From the NCBI RefSeq assembly GCF_009914755.1, contig NC_060937.1: DNA of 64,000 nucleotides; one strand, written 5' to 3'. Positions 27,851-42,429 of this stretch are shown one piece after another. A program made the position numbers and the translations under genes. The stretch is from the human T2T-CHM13v2.0 reference genome, Homo sapiens. Position 1 is the stretch's first letter. The number at the start of each line of letters is the position of its first letter. Under the pieces are notes generated by a model. The model saw only the letters and a program-made list of their open reading frames with translations. It was not told the DNA's origin and searched no databases.

Positions 27851-30800
27851 CTTGCATATTGTCTTCTACTGCTGTTCATTCAATGACTGTTATAGGGAAC
27901 ACAATGCTAGTGCATCTGGAGAGAAAATTAATTACACAGTTAAGGAAAATCTGGTAAATGTATTTATTTTGCTTTGTCTTCTGCTTTGGATTTTAGTAAC
28001 ATTGTGCATTTCAAAAGGAAAATTCTAGGTTTATTTAGAATGGTAGAAAATAAACTCATAATGACAAAATGTTACTTATCTAAACATTTTGGGGACAGAA
28101 TAAGACAAATATTGTTGCAGGTCCAGTTTATCAGGCAAGAATGTTTGCATTTGAGCTGGCAGTATGCCTTTCAGAGTCTGAATTGCTAAAAATAGGACAA
28201 AACTGGGACACTGCTTAGAATACAGTGCAGAAGAAATATTCCATTAGTTATCACAAGCAAAATCACTATTTCAAATGATAAAAAAAAATCAGTTGGGATG
28301 ACCCAAATAAGTTATCTGAGAAAAGGTCTATGCCTTAACTGTGCTACTGTGATTAATGATTCTTGCTTTATTCTAGCATAGATCTCTCCTTAAAGAGATG
28401 AACAAGAGGTAAGTTAGAATTATGTAAGGTAAAAAATAGAAAACAGTTTATTTCTCATCAGTTTTTAGAATTTGCAAATCACTATTCAAGTCGCATAACT
28501 CTTAAAAACTGAAACAGGAATATGAGGTGTGTTATGGCAGCATAATATATCCTGAACATATTGTGATTCATCCTGTGGAAATCATCATAGAAGAAAAGGA
28601 ACTGAATTGAGGTAGAGGCATTGTTACTAAACAGATTCAAGGCAATAAATACATAGATTTGATCTTGGATTTTGTTAGTCAAATGGTTCCGGGATAAAAT
28701 AGTGACCAAGTTGGATTTATATGAACTACCTTTACTACTATCTATGAATTTAGTGATGTTGAAATAAGATTGTGTAAATTAAAACATTTTAAGCAGTATA
28801 AAGCACTATATAAGTGCAAGAAATTATTATCATCAAATTAGACCTTCAGCATACTGGTGTTTTCTTCCACCCAGATAGATTCAGAATTATATAAATCACT
28901 TATTTCCTTTAATTGGAATTGTAACCATAATTTTTTGCTTTCAGTAGCTCTCTACAGTACATTATGGCTAAAGCCCCTTCTGGAAGCCACAGTGTCACTA
29001 AAATCTGAAAATTCATAAAAGTACAATTTACACTGTAGCATATAATTGCCTGCATGATACTTAAATATATGTAGTTGTTATTTCCAATTTGAAATCATAG
29101 AAAACTAAAGTACTAAAAATTTTATGTTCTGAAAGTTCAATAAAAAAGTGACCAATCCTGTTAAAGGTTATGATTCCTGAGGAACTAAGTAGATGAAATA
29201 AGTAAGGACCTAAAAATGGGCATCATAATAATATGATAAAAGAGAATTAGCAATAGCAAGCGATAAAGAGTTACAGCTATAAAAGCCTTTTTTGCTTTTG
29301 TCATTATTCCCTGTGAGATCTACTGCTAGTCTGCTATTGCATCCACATTACATTCTCAAAAAGCAAAATAGAAAAATCACTATCCACCCACTATTAAAGT
29401 CATTAAAATAGAACCAATGATACACCAGACAATAAAGACAATAACCAATGTACTTTTTTCCAAGCACAAATCACCTTTCCTGTCCCTTGTCTTGACAATA
29501 CACGGCATCAAATCCTCTCATATCCCCACTCTATATTTTAATTTACTAAAAATGAGTATCGAGCATTTTTTTACCTGACCCGAAACAGGCTTTTCCTGAC
29601 TAACTTCATCTGCCTTTTCATTCATCTTTTGTAAACTTTGTGTTTTCATCCTGCTGATTTCATGAATAACTTCACATAGAACAAATTTTTACATTTTCTG
29701 CAAGCTCAACATTCTATCCTCCTTTTGATGAAGAAAGAGTACCTTAGTTTTCACTTTTGAGAGTAAGGACCTTAAGCAAGAACTATCCAATCTGCCATAT
29801 TTTCTAACTGTAAGTCTATCTCTTTAAACTTATCAACTCCTATATTATTTGTGTCTCATATGAAATGTCGTTGTTACTATTCAAGCCTAATTTTTCCTCT
29901 TTTGACCTCACTTTTTCCAATATCCACCACAACTCCTTCTCCCTTAGCTGTTTTACTCTTGTATAAAGTTAGATTTGCATCACCTTAACTTAAGGAAAAA
30001 GGCCCTAGAGCTTCTAACTTAAAGCAGCCTCTGAATAAGTTTTAGATCTATCCTTTTTTACAGAAAACAAAAATAGAAAACCGCAGTACCTTTGGAAACT
30101 AAGTCTGATGGTCAAGCCATTTCTGAAATATGGAAATATTTCCACTGAAAATGTGATAGATGAAGCTCAATCAAGTCTCAGTTTTGATGGCTAGTGTATA
30201 CTTCAACCGCTGAAACAGAAAAATTCTGCTAATTTGCAAGAAGGTGGAGAGATAACACATGACCCTTGTTTTCCCTGCCTCTATTTGAGAGGCCCAGAGG
30301 ATATTAACTAGAAATGAAACGAAACCTTCGGCAATGCACATAGTGGGCATTTTAACCTGTCACAGTCTACCAGTGTGTGTTTGTATTTTCTGGACATTTG
30401 GTCAGAATTACAGAAAATTAACATTAACTCTTCAAGAAAATATCCAGGCCTAGCTATGGTGATTGCCTGCTGGAAGAGGAAATTAGGTCATAAACCTTTC
30501 TGAAACTTGAAAATCTGATTTCCTACCAACAACGAAGTACATATCAAACAGGACCAATAACAAAGCACAAGCAAGAATTAAATCCCCAGCATATCACATT
30601 TATCATGCCTTTTCCCGACTGTCAATTTTTTAATATAACATTTAATATGCTTTGGCCACAGGCCTCTTCAAGTAACACAACCACTGCCCATGGGCCCTTA
30701 GTTGTGTTACTTCCTAAATTTTAGCCCCTCCCCCCTTATCCAAACACCGGTGTTGTCTTCTATTTTACCTCTGAAAATATAGAAAGCTAGCAATATGCCA

Positions 30801-31128
30801 AGCATCTCTAAAACAATACTTTAAAAATAGTAATCATTAAAAATATGTAAATTCCATCCATTTCTATTGGCTCTTGCTGATTTTAAGGTGTTTATCTCTT
30901 GCACAAATTTTAAAACTTATACTAGCCTACACCTCTTGAATATATTTTGCCTAAGCTAAGTTAAAAGCTGTTGCTTATAAATGAGCCAACATGACCTTCT
31001 CTGTCTCTCTAGCATGATTCATGCTTCCCATTCTTCTTAGTGTAAAATATACTTTATATTAGGAAATGCAGGTAGTGGAAAAGCCTGGCTCAATAGTTAT
31101 GACAACGAGGGTAATTGTTGGCTTTCTT

Positions 31129-31421
31129 TTTCTTTTCTTTTTTGAGACTGAGTTTTACTCTTTTTGCCCAGCCTGGAGTGCAATGGTGTGATCTCGGCTC
31201 ACTGTAATCTCCACCTCCCAGGTTCAAGCAGTTAACCTGCCTCAGCCTTCCAAGTAGCTGGGATTACAGGCATATGCCAACATTTCTGGCTAATATTTTG
31301 TATTTAGTAGAGACGGGGTTTCTCCATGTTAGGCTGGTCTTGCACTCCTGACCTCAGGTGATCCACCCGCCTCAGCCTCCCAAAGTGTTGGGATTAGAGG
31401 CGTGAGCCACCACACTTGGCC
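31129..31421 (-). mobile_element. AluS (Sq-like), full length
   Basis: Antisense dimer; perfect 15-bp TSD attgttggctttctt at 31114-31128 and 31422-31436. Confidence 0.95.
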
Positions 31422-31646
31422 ATTGTTGGCTTTCTTAATCACTAGTACAAATATAGGAGCTCTTTAGAAGAGACATTTAGTTGCTCAAAATATTTGCAAT
31501 CTCAAGGTTTTCCTTCTTATTTTTTTACTATACTATACTTGGTATAAGAGCTTTTTCCTCCAGTGATATATTAGGTTCACAAAATGCCTACAACAGTTCT
31601 AGGAGATTAACACAGTAAATGATTTCACCTATTCCTTCTACCTCCT

Positions 31647-33863
31647 TTTATTAGTCCATTCTCATGATACTAATAAAGACATACCTGAGACTGAGAATTT
31701 ATAATGGAAAGAGGTTTAATTGACTCACAGTTCCACAGGGCTGGGGAGGTCTCAGGAAGCTTACAATTATGGCAGAAGGGAAGCAAACACATCCTTATTC
31801 ACATGGTGGCAGGAGAGAGAAATACAGAGTGTAGGCTGGGAGAATGCCTTATAAAACTATGAGATCTTATGAGAACTAACTCACCATCAAGAAAACAGTA
31901 TGGAGGTAACTGCCATCATGGAGGGACCCACTGGGTCCCTCCCATGACACATGGGGATTATGGAAACTACCATTCAAAATGAAATTTGGGTAGGAACACA
32001 GGCAAACCATATCATTTCATCTTGGCCTCTCCCAAATCTCATGTCCTCACACTTTAAAACACACTGATGACTTCCCAAGTGTCCTGGAAAGTCTTAACTC
32101 ATTTCAGCATTAACTCAAAAGTCCAAGTCCAAATCCAAAGTCTATACACACATTCCAAATGGGAGAAATTGGCCACAACAAAGGGGATATAGGCTCCATC
32201 CAAGTCCAATCCAGCGGGCAGTCAAATCTCAAAGCTCCAAAATGATCTCCTTTGACTCCATGTCTCACACTCAGGCCTCACTGTTGTAAGAGGTGGGTTC
32301 CTATGGCCTTGGGCAGTTCCACCCTTGTATCTTTGCAGGGTACAGCCCCCCTCCTGGCTGTTTTCATGGCTGGCATTGAGTGTCTGTGGCTTTTCCAGGT
32401 GCATGCTGCAAGCAGGAGGTGGATCTAACACTCTGGAGTCTGGGGGATGGTGGCCCTTTTCTCACAGCTACACTAGGCAGTGCCCCAGTGGGGACTCTGT
32501 GTGTGGGCTCCAACACCATATTTTCCTTCCTCACTACCATAGCAGAGGTTTTCCATTAAGGCTCCACCCTGTAGCATACTTCTGTCGGGACATCCAGGCA
32601 TTTCCCTAAATCCTTTGAAATCCAGGTGGAGGTTCCCAAACCTAAATTCTTGCCTTCTGTGCACCTGCAGGACCAACACCACTTGGAAGCTGCCAAGGCT
32701 TGGGGCTTGCACCCTCTGAAGCTATAGCGTGAGCTGTACCTCGGACCCTGTTAACCATGGCCGAAGTGGCTGAGACTCAGGGCACCAAGTCCCAAGGCGG
32801 GACCCAGACCAGGAAACCATTTTTACCTCCTAGGCCTCCATGTCTGTGATGGGAAGGGCTGCTATGAAGGTCTCTGACAAGTTCTGGAAACATTTTCCCC
32901 ATTGTCTTTTTGATTAACATTTGCTCCCTTGTTACTTAAGCAAATTTCTGTAGCAGGCTTGAATCTCTCCCCACAAAATGCGGGTTTCTTTTCTATCACA
33001 TTGACAGGCTGCAAATTTTCTAAACTTTTATGCTCTGCTTCCTCTTGAACAGTTTGCCGCTTAGACATTTCTTCCACCTGATACCCTAAATCATCTCTCA
33101 TAAGTTCAAAGTTCCACAGATCTCTAGATAGGGGCAAAATGCTTCCAGTCTCTTTATTAAAGCATAACAAGAGTCACCTTTGTTCCAGTTCCCAACAAAT
33201 TCCTCATCTCTATCTGAGACCACTTCAGCCTGGATTTTATTGTCCATATAACTATCAGCATTTTGGTCAAAGTCATTCAACCAGACTCTAGGAAGTTCCA
33301 AACTTTTCCACATCTTCCTGTCTTCTGAGCCCTCCAAGTCTCTAGGAAGTTCCAAACTTTTCAACATTTTTTTTTCTTCTTCTGAGCCCTCCAACCTCTG
33401 CCTGTTATCCAGTTCCAAAGTCACTTCCATATTTTCAGGCATCTTTACAGCAATGCCACATTCCTGGTACCAATATACTGTATTAGTCCATTCTCATGCT
33501 GCTAATAAAGACATACTTGAGACTGGGTGATTTTAAAAAGAAAGAGGTTTAATTAACTCACAGTTGCACAGGGCTGGGGAGGTCTCAGGAAACTTACAAT
33601 TATGGCAGAAAGGGAAGCAAACACATCCATCTTCTCATGGTGGCAGGAGAGAGAAATGCAGAGCAAAGTGGTCAGGGGGTGGGGAGTCCTCTTATAAAAC
33701 CATCAGATCTTGTGAGAACTCACTCACTATGATGAGAACAACATGGAAGTAACCACTCCTATAATTCAATTACCTTGCACTGGGTCCCTCCCATAACCCT
33801 TGGGGATTATGGGAACTACAGCTCAAGATGAGATTTAAGTGGGGGCATAGCCAACCCATAGCA
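31647..33863 (-). mobile_element. Complete THE1D-type ERVL-MaLR provirus (LTR 31647-32014, internal 32015-33478, LTR 33479-33863)
   Basis: Two similar ~370-385 bp LTRs (tattagtccattctcat...ctaataaagacatac...ccata(t/g)ca), THE1-internal sequence between them, perfect 5-bp TSD ctcct at 31642-31646 and 33864-33868; internal ORF broken. Confidence 0.93.
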
Positions 33864-34690
33864 CTCCTTTTTCTTAATTAAATGTGAAGAGGTCTCAAAG
33901 ATTATGTATATTCTTCTAGCATGTTACTGGTCGGATTACATCACATGGCCATCATTAAATCAAGTTATAGCAAAAGAAATGGAACACTTTGATTGGCTTA
34001 GAATAGCCAAGACTCATATCTTTTGGTTTGTAGTGGGTTTCCTTGGATGAGAGTGGACACTTGGACAGCATTTGGGTTTGTTTTGGAGAAAAGGTTGGGG
34101 AGGATGGACACTGAACTGACCAAAAATGCCTCACTCTCCTTTCCATTAATCAAAATTTTATTTCAAACAAACACACATGGCTGTATGAAAACCTCTCTAC
34201 CTGAGAACTCTGAAAAGTAATAATCTATACTACTTATATGAAGGTTAATTTATCATGCATTTGCATTGTATCTTTAGTTTTAATTTAATATGCACATACT
34301 GTCTCTCAAAATAGATACGAGCTCTCTGAAGACAAGAATGTTTTTTCTTACTAATTCTCTTTCAACCTAAGATAATATTCCATATAGAAAAATCAAAAAG
34401 CAAATGCACCAATTAATTGATTGAATTCAAGAGGTGTTTTATTTACATTTATTTTACATTTTAAAATTACTTTTCCATATTTCACTGATATTTCAGGAGC
34501 TTAAGGTTTTAGCATGAACAAAAGTAAACTGAATTGAAGAGGATAAATGGATACCTGAGAAGAAGCTATCTAAAAGTCATACTACTCTAGGAAAAAAAAA
34601 AGGTTTATTTTAAATATAGGAACATCAAAGAAATGTACAATAGGAAATATTTATTCATAGATAGTTCTGCAATATGTTACTAATTAACAC

Positions 34691-34875
34691 TCAAGCAACT
34701 CTCCTGCCTCAACCTCCCAAGTAGCTGTGATTACAGGTACCCACCACCATTCCCGGCTAATTATTGCTTTTTTAGTAGAGATGGTATTTTTGCCATTTTG
34801 GTCAGGCTGGTCTAGAACTCCTGACCTCAAGTGATCCATCTGTCTCAGCCTCCCAAAGTGCTGGGATCACAGATG
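34691..34875 (-). mobile_element. Alu internal fragment (AluS), both ends missing
   Basis: tcaagcaactctcctgcctc...ctcctgacctcaagtgatcc...aaagtgctgggatcacag; no tail or TSD seen. Confidence 0.88.
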
Positions 34876-37187
34876 AGAAAGTTTTGTGAACTATGGGAAG
34901 ATGGAGAACCAAGAGGAACATGGTTAGTTTTAGAGAAAATCTGAAATGAGCAGTGGGAAAAACAAGAACCAGATATTTACATATTGAATATTTAATGTCC
35001 AAGAGAAACTTTCCCTGATGCATTAGGGCAATGGTTATAAAATATGTTTGGACATAACTCTTTCAAATGAAAACCTATACTGATGACACATACACGAAGC
35101 TGATAAAAGAAGAAATATTAAGCTTAATGTTAGGCTATGATCCTAGAATTTGTATGTTTAATTACCCACTTGCTGCTTCTCTTCATTAAAGTACCTCCTA
35201 AGAACTTCTGAGGATCTCCTGACACATGGAATAGCGCAGTTTGCAAAGTATGTAAATTCCAGTGAAGCAGGAAGACTCCTGAGATAAAATAAACTCAGTT
35301 ATAAAAAATAATATAAGTAATTTTGGCAGAAGCATAAATCACAAAAGACTACTAGAATTTGAAAGAAAACTAAAATATTATCAGTAAAAGTTAAATGAAA
35401 ATTCAATAAATATCTCCTAATCTGTGTTTCACATATCAATAAAATTATGTCTCTTGTATTTAAATAATTTTCTGTGATATAAATGCATTAAAGCAAATGT
35501 CACATGGGGAAAAAATCCCAGGGGTAAAATCCATAACTTGATTTTGCCTGCATATCAACCAAGGTTCCCTGAAATTTTTCATGATTTCTGAAGAACTAGT
35601 GCTATTAAAGTCCGAAAAGGAACTGAGAGGACTGAGTCTCTCAAGTTAGGAAGAGTTAAGGAATTTATTTGCACTTTTATACTGTTTTCAATGAATATAA
35701 AATAATTAAAAGGCTACTCATGTGTACTTTCTAGTGCTATAATATATTTTTCAGGCCAGAAATAAAAATGTGAACAAAAATATTCACATGTATGTACAAC
35801 AGACTTATAATTTGCAGTGTGTGATTTAGATTTGTGTGAGCCAGCACTGTAGAAAAAGTGGGCAAAAATATATGGACCAAATTAGAAGTAAATACTGGGT
35901 ACAGCAGTGTACAAAAAATTAGAATGATGAAAGGTTTACTGAACTATTGAATAGGAAAAAAAAAACAACTGAAATAAAAAGAGGATTATTCAAGGGAGAA
36001 ATTAGAAAGGTATTTAAAAGAAGCTGAGAATTACCCATAAACCTAGGTTGAAAGGACAAATTAGAGTATTTATCCTTAAATAGCTAATTTTCTCAGAAAG
36101 AATAAAACTTTTACTTTCTCCTGTTAAATTGGCTTCCTGGTCATGAGTCCGCACCATGGAAAGAAATTCAACTGCCTTCAAAATAAAACTAAGCATAGAA
36201 TGGTAATTCTACAGAACAAGGGAATTTAAAACTGTGTGTGAATTGGAAAGCTTATGAGGAAAAAGTACATTTATCTGCCAAAATCTCAGTGTTGTGTTAA
36301 ATCCCTAACATTCAGTACTGGAGATCTCAGGGGACTGTTGCAGACTTTAATCAAAAGAACATTTTGCAGTTTGGTTTAAAAGGTCAAACTTACTAACTGA
36401 TCCTTATGTGATGGTAGTTTAGTAATGGTCTAGTAACTTGGCTTGTGATTTGTCATGACCTGGATCACTCTGTGGCAATAGGAAATTGATGTGAATACTT
36501 TTAGCCTTACTCAACCAATAAAAAGAGCATTAGCCAGGCTTTTGTGTCAAAGACAGTACAGCTACTCAAAGAGAGAAAGTCTAAGAAGTTGCAAATAGAA
36601 GAGATCCAATATTAAAGCTTTTTTTCCCCATAAACATTTGAATGTAACACAAAAATGTAAACATCAGGCTGCTTCACACAGAATGAAAAAAAGTTGAGAA
36701 CAAAAGGCAGAAGGGTGTTGGTGCATTAGGCTACCATGAGTGTCTGTATCCCTATCAGTCCTGAATATTTGCTCCAATATGGAAGATAAGGAAAAGTGAC
36801 CTCTCACACCTCCACTATTTGTACTTCTAAAATGAATGTTTCACAGATACTTAAGGCAGGAATGGATAGTAAATGAGTTATCCAATTATACAGATAATTA
36901 ATGAAAACGTTGGTACCAGAAAACTAGGGGAAATTATCTATTACTTTAAAGAACAATGTTCTCAAAAACTGAGGTGAGAAGGGAGAAGTCTTGGCTCAGA
37001 TACTTCTTGATTCGATGCATATATGAATATAATTAACATAACATCTGAGTTCTTTATATCTGTGGGTCATTGGACAGATACTGCTAATAAATGAGCTAGC
37101 ACAAAGTTTATTAGATAATCAGGACATTGCTGAATTCAGGTTGTTTTAATTCCTTGCAGTACTATATGTGAAAGCAATGTACTTGTT

Positions 37188-37492
37188 TTGGTTTCATTTT
37201 CTTTTGAATTTTTTTAAATTATATTTTTAAATTGACACAAATTATAATTGTACATATTCATCGAGTACATAGTGATATTTCCAAACGTATAATGTATAGT
37301 GATCAGATCAGAGTAATTAGCATATCAATCATCTCAAACTTATATTACTTGTTTTGGGAATGTGCATTGTCATCCTATAGCTATCGGAAATTATATATTA
37401 CTATTAACTGTAGTCATCTTATAGTGCTATAGAACACTGAAACTTATTCCTTCAGTCTAGCTTTAACTTTGCATTCTATAACAAATCTCTCA
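37188..37492 (-). mobile_element. L1MA 3' end fragment
   Basis: T-rich tail then aattgacacaaattataattgtacatattcat...gtgatcagatcagagtaattagcatatc. Confidence 0.85.
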
Positions 37493-37586
37493 TTTTGTAG
37501 GTTTTAGTAACAGTGCTTACATAATTTTATTATTTTTTATAAATATATAGAATATACACGTGAATAAATTCTTCAGATCAATACAT

Positions 37587-38100
37587 CACGGTAGTTTTAA
37601 AGATACGTCCACAAACTGCCAGATACTTCTTTCCTCAAGGCATAGAACTTAACTTGCTTCCACTTGAGGGTAGGCTGGTTTCAGTGACTTACTCTAAAGA
37701 AGAGAATATCGTCATATTCTAATGATGGGATACTAAAAATACCATAGCTTCCCATGATGATTTCTCTCTCTCTTTCTGTCTCAATGTCTGGCTCTGGGGG
37801 GAAGCCAGCTGCCATCGTGTGAAGATCCTCAGGCAGCTTACAGAGAGGCAAGGTAAGGAATTGGGGCTTGTCAGGATTTATGTGACCTTGGAAGCAGGTC
37901 TTGCCCCAGACAAGCCGTGAAAAGATTGCAGCTCTGACCAACAGCTTGATTTGAAGTTCATGACAGCCCATGAGCAAGAACTTCCCAATTTAACTGCTCT
38001 TGAATTCCTGATCCCCAGAAACTATGAGACAATAAACGTGTACTATTTTAAGTCACTGATTTCAAGTAATTTGCTATGCAGGAATAGGTAATTTATGTGT
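37587..38100 (+). mobile_element. MLT1F-like MaLR LTR
   Basis: ggctctgggggaagccagctgccatcgtgtgaag, gcagctctgaccaacagcttgat, ccagaaactatgagacaataaacg...ttttaagtcact. Confidence 0.8.
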
Positions 38101-38213
38101 ATACAAAATGCAATTAGGTTAAAACTAATACTGCATATGTATGCATATTTTTATAATTTCCAAAGACTGTACCTATGTGAATAAGGAGGAAAAATATTCA
38201 AAGACAGTGATAA

Positions 38214-38528
<315 letters not shown>

Positions 38529-39432
38529 TTAATTTTCACATTAAGCAAAGGAAGAGTTTACCTGATTTTCTTTTAAGAAAATTAATGAGGATTTGGATTT
38601 TAAAGGGCTATTTTAATTTGCTGGGCACTGAAGGCTGACCCAATTTTAAGTAGGAGAATGATATCAGAGTGGTAGCCAGTAAAGTGAATAGTTTGCTTTA
38701 GTCTCTTTTTTTTTTGCACATATTTAACTAGGCCATCAGGGTTAAAAGCAAATGTTTCAATAACAAGAGCAAAACAAAGGAAAAAAGTTGATCTAAACAT
38801 ATTTAAAAACATGGTTTTACATGACCGCTCTCAGTGCATATACTTCATTTCCATTTTTTTTTACCTTTACCTCACTAATTTTTTACAGAGCTATACAAGA
38901 TCATTAATGACCCATACCAAGGTAAACAATTTTAATTGCATGAATATATCACTGGGAATCTAGGCACTGGCCTGCTGAGCACTCTGGGCAGAAAGAAGAA
39001 GACAGAAAGCAGAGACTGGAGAAGCTTCTCTCCTTGCTTCTGCCATTTTCTTCCTTTATTTCCTTCCAGAAGCCCGTCACATAAAGTGACCACAATCACA
39101 TCTTGGAGAGGAGACCTCCATTTATCTCTGTGACACAAACAGGACACTTCTGATTGAATAGAAACAAAAGTCAAGCATGTGATTGAGGTAATCATTTCTA
39201 GTAATAGAGGCATTTGCTAGGATGAACACCATCTACAACAACCGTCTATGATATTGAGTTTCAAAACATAATATTAAGTTTTAGAAAATTCTTTTATAAC
39301 CTATCCATCTCTCTCAATCTATTAAATATTCAAATTCTTTTAAAAAAATAATAGCAGCTCCTCTTGTCAGGCACATGCTAGTTCTTTAGGGCAAACTATA
39401 TTATTTACTCATTACAAAAACTCCTGTGAGAT

Positions 39433-39816
39433 TGATATGGTTTGGCTCTGTGTCCCCACCCAAATCTCATCTCAAATGGTAATCCCCACTTGTGTAGGAA
39501 AGGACCTGTAATCCGCATGTGTTGATGGAGGGAGGTGACTGGATCATGGGAGTGGTTTCTCCATGCTGTTCTTGTGATAGTGAGTGAGTTCTCACAAGAT
39601 CTGATGGTTTTATAAGCGTTTGACATTCCTCCTTCACTGGCTCTTGCTCTCCTGCTGCCTTGTGAAGAAGGTGCCTGCTTCCCCTTCCACCATGATTATA
39701 AGTTTCCTGAGGCCTCCCCAGGCATGTGGAACTGTGAGTCAATTAAGCTTCCTTTGTCTATAACTTATGCAGTCTCAGGTGGTATATTTGTAGTGGTGTG
39801 AAAATGGACTAATACA
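39433..39816 (+). mobile_element. THE1D/MSTA-type MaLR solo LTR
   Basis: tgatatggtttggctctgtgtccccacccaaatctcatct...gaaaatggactaataca; TSD gagat/gaaat. Confidence 0.92.
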
Positions 39817-39879
39817 GAAATAGAAATTATAAAAACTTTTTAAAGAAAAACCCAAAACTTAAAAAATCAGGCAAGATGG

Positions 39880-40217
<338 letters not shown>

Positions 40218-41675
40218 CTATGTTTGTTCTAAGATTCTATACTGTCTCACACACTCAATCCAGGGAAAGCACAGAATGTGGATTACCAAATCTGGGTTCT
40301 ATTTATTGTTCATCCACTAGGTACATTGCTGTTTCAAGTAAACCACTGAACAGGTGTAGGACTCCACTAATTCCTTGAAGTGCTTGTGTTTGCTTTAATT
40401 TTTAAGAAGGACTTGTCAATTAAAATAATCAATTCCAACATTTTCCAATCAGATTTTTGTCATGTAATGGATCTAGAAAGGACCCCATGAAATAAATTGC
40501 TCATGCCTCTGTATAAAGTGCTATGTGAAAAATTTCTTGCAGAATATAGAGCCCTCCAAAAAATATGTTTTTTGTAACGTGCACAAGAAAACGTGGCTAC
40601 GGTTTTTAAAATAAAACCATGGAACAGTGAAAAGTTTTGAATGCAATATTTAGAAGCCAATGTGATTTAATCACATATTCGCCCCTCTTACAACTCTATA
40701 ATTCCCATTAGATTTTTCTGTTGTGATTCATAATTTTGTTTAATATATTTCATAAAACTGTTTTATATAGTTTATATTTATGCAAAAATATATAATGCAT
40801 ATATATCTTTACAATAATTTATTGCTTCAGCTAATATGTTTTATGTATAATACCTAAAAATCCTTTGTAAAATGAAGTGAAAATGAAAACAGGTTGTTTC
40901 TTCCCACTTCTTAACTTACGTCATCAACACAACTTCAGACCCAGTCATCTGAACCGTATTTAGCAATATTACCAAACAATAGCTCAATTAACCAACAATA
41001 CTAGGAGAATCATAATAATTCAATCAGCGTGGTTATTTTTAATTATACAAGTTAAGAAACATTTCTAAATTTTTCATTTTTGAAACACATTGTTTAGTCT
41101 AAGACTGTGATAACACCTTTAGTAACTTGTGAAGTTAAAGCACATATACACACACATACATTCACAAAGTATATATTTATATCTGTTTACAGAAGCCTTT
41201 TAAATTAAGTGGAACACAAATCCGTGAAAGCAGCTACCTGGCACAGTACAATCAAAACAGCTGGCTGATTGATTAGGTTTTGCCATCTGTAATTAACTAT
41301 TGTATATGTATAGCTTCAAAATTAAAATGCTCAAAGAATATAAAACAGATGCAAACTGCATGCTCTCATTTGGTAAACAACTTTAATTTCATGCCTTTTT
41401 GCTGCATTGTTTGGAAGTTCTTTAAAGAGCATGTATTATTCAAAAACTGCATTTCAGTCTGTTGCTTCATCTATGTGGAGAATGCATGTAACAAAATATA
41501 CAAACGTATGCAAGGTATTACCGTGTTCTAATTTATAGAAAATTGCTCTCTGGCATAGTTTTTCTGCCCTCTGCATGTCCTTAGATGTAGAGTATAATAC
41601 ATACAATTAGTATTCATCCATGAAAAATAAAATTTAAAAAAAATAATAAATCAAATCTTAATGTTTACTTCAGAC

Positions 41676-42418
41676 TTTTTGGTTTTATTTTATTTTTGAT
41701 GGAAAAATACTAATTGTACATATTTGGAATACAATATGATGTTTTCATACATGTATATATTTTGTAATGATCAAATCATGGCAATTAGCATATTTGTCAC
41801 TTCAAACATTTATCATTTCTTTCTGGTGATAACATTCAAAATCCTCTCCTATAGCTATTCTGAAATACACAATTCATGATTTTTACCTGTCACTCTTCTT
41901 TGCCATGGAACGCCAGATTTATTCCTCCTATTTAATTGTAACTTTGTACTCATTAGCTATCATCTCCTCTTTGCCCTTCCACCCAGCTTCCCAGCTTCTG
42001 GTAACCACCATTCTACTCTCTACTTCTGTGAGTTCAGTTTTGTTTAGATTTCACATATAAGTGAGATCATACAGTATTTGTCTTTCTGTGCCTAGTTTGT
42101 TTCATTTAACACAATGTCCTCCAGGTTTATTGTTGTTGTCACAAATGACAGAATTTCCTGTTTTTGTAAGACTATATAATATTTTATTGTGTCTATATAC
42201 ATTTAAAAAATATATTCATCCATGGATAGACACTTAGATTATTTCCATATATCAGCAATTGTGAATAATGCTGCAAGGAAGATGAAAGCACAGACATCTC
42301 TTGGCCATATTGATTTTAACTCCTTTGAATATATACCCAATAGTGACATTGCTGGAACATATGGTAATTCTATTTTTAGTTTTTTGAGGTGCCTCCCTAC
42401 TGTTTTCCAAAATGGCTA
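41676..42418 (-). mobile_element. L1MA 3' end (3'UTR and last part of ORF2)
   Basis: ctaattgtacatattt...gtaatgatcaaatca...tagatttcacatataagtgagatcatacagtatttgtc...ctgttttccaaaatggct. Confidence 0.9.
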
Positions 42419-42429
42419 AAGATATACAT

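Noticed and set aside
33287-33395. ~53-bp tandem duplication in the THE1 internal region (SLELPR peptide twice)
   Set aside because: As I recall, this duplication is common in THE1 internal sequences, so it is probably a subfamily feature and not locus-specific; not verified.
32862-33442. 102-aa and 114-aa ORFs in the THE1 internal region
   Set aside because: Broken remnants of the MaLR internal ORF, split across frames.
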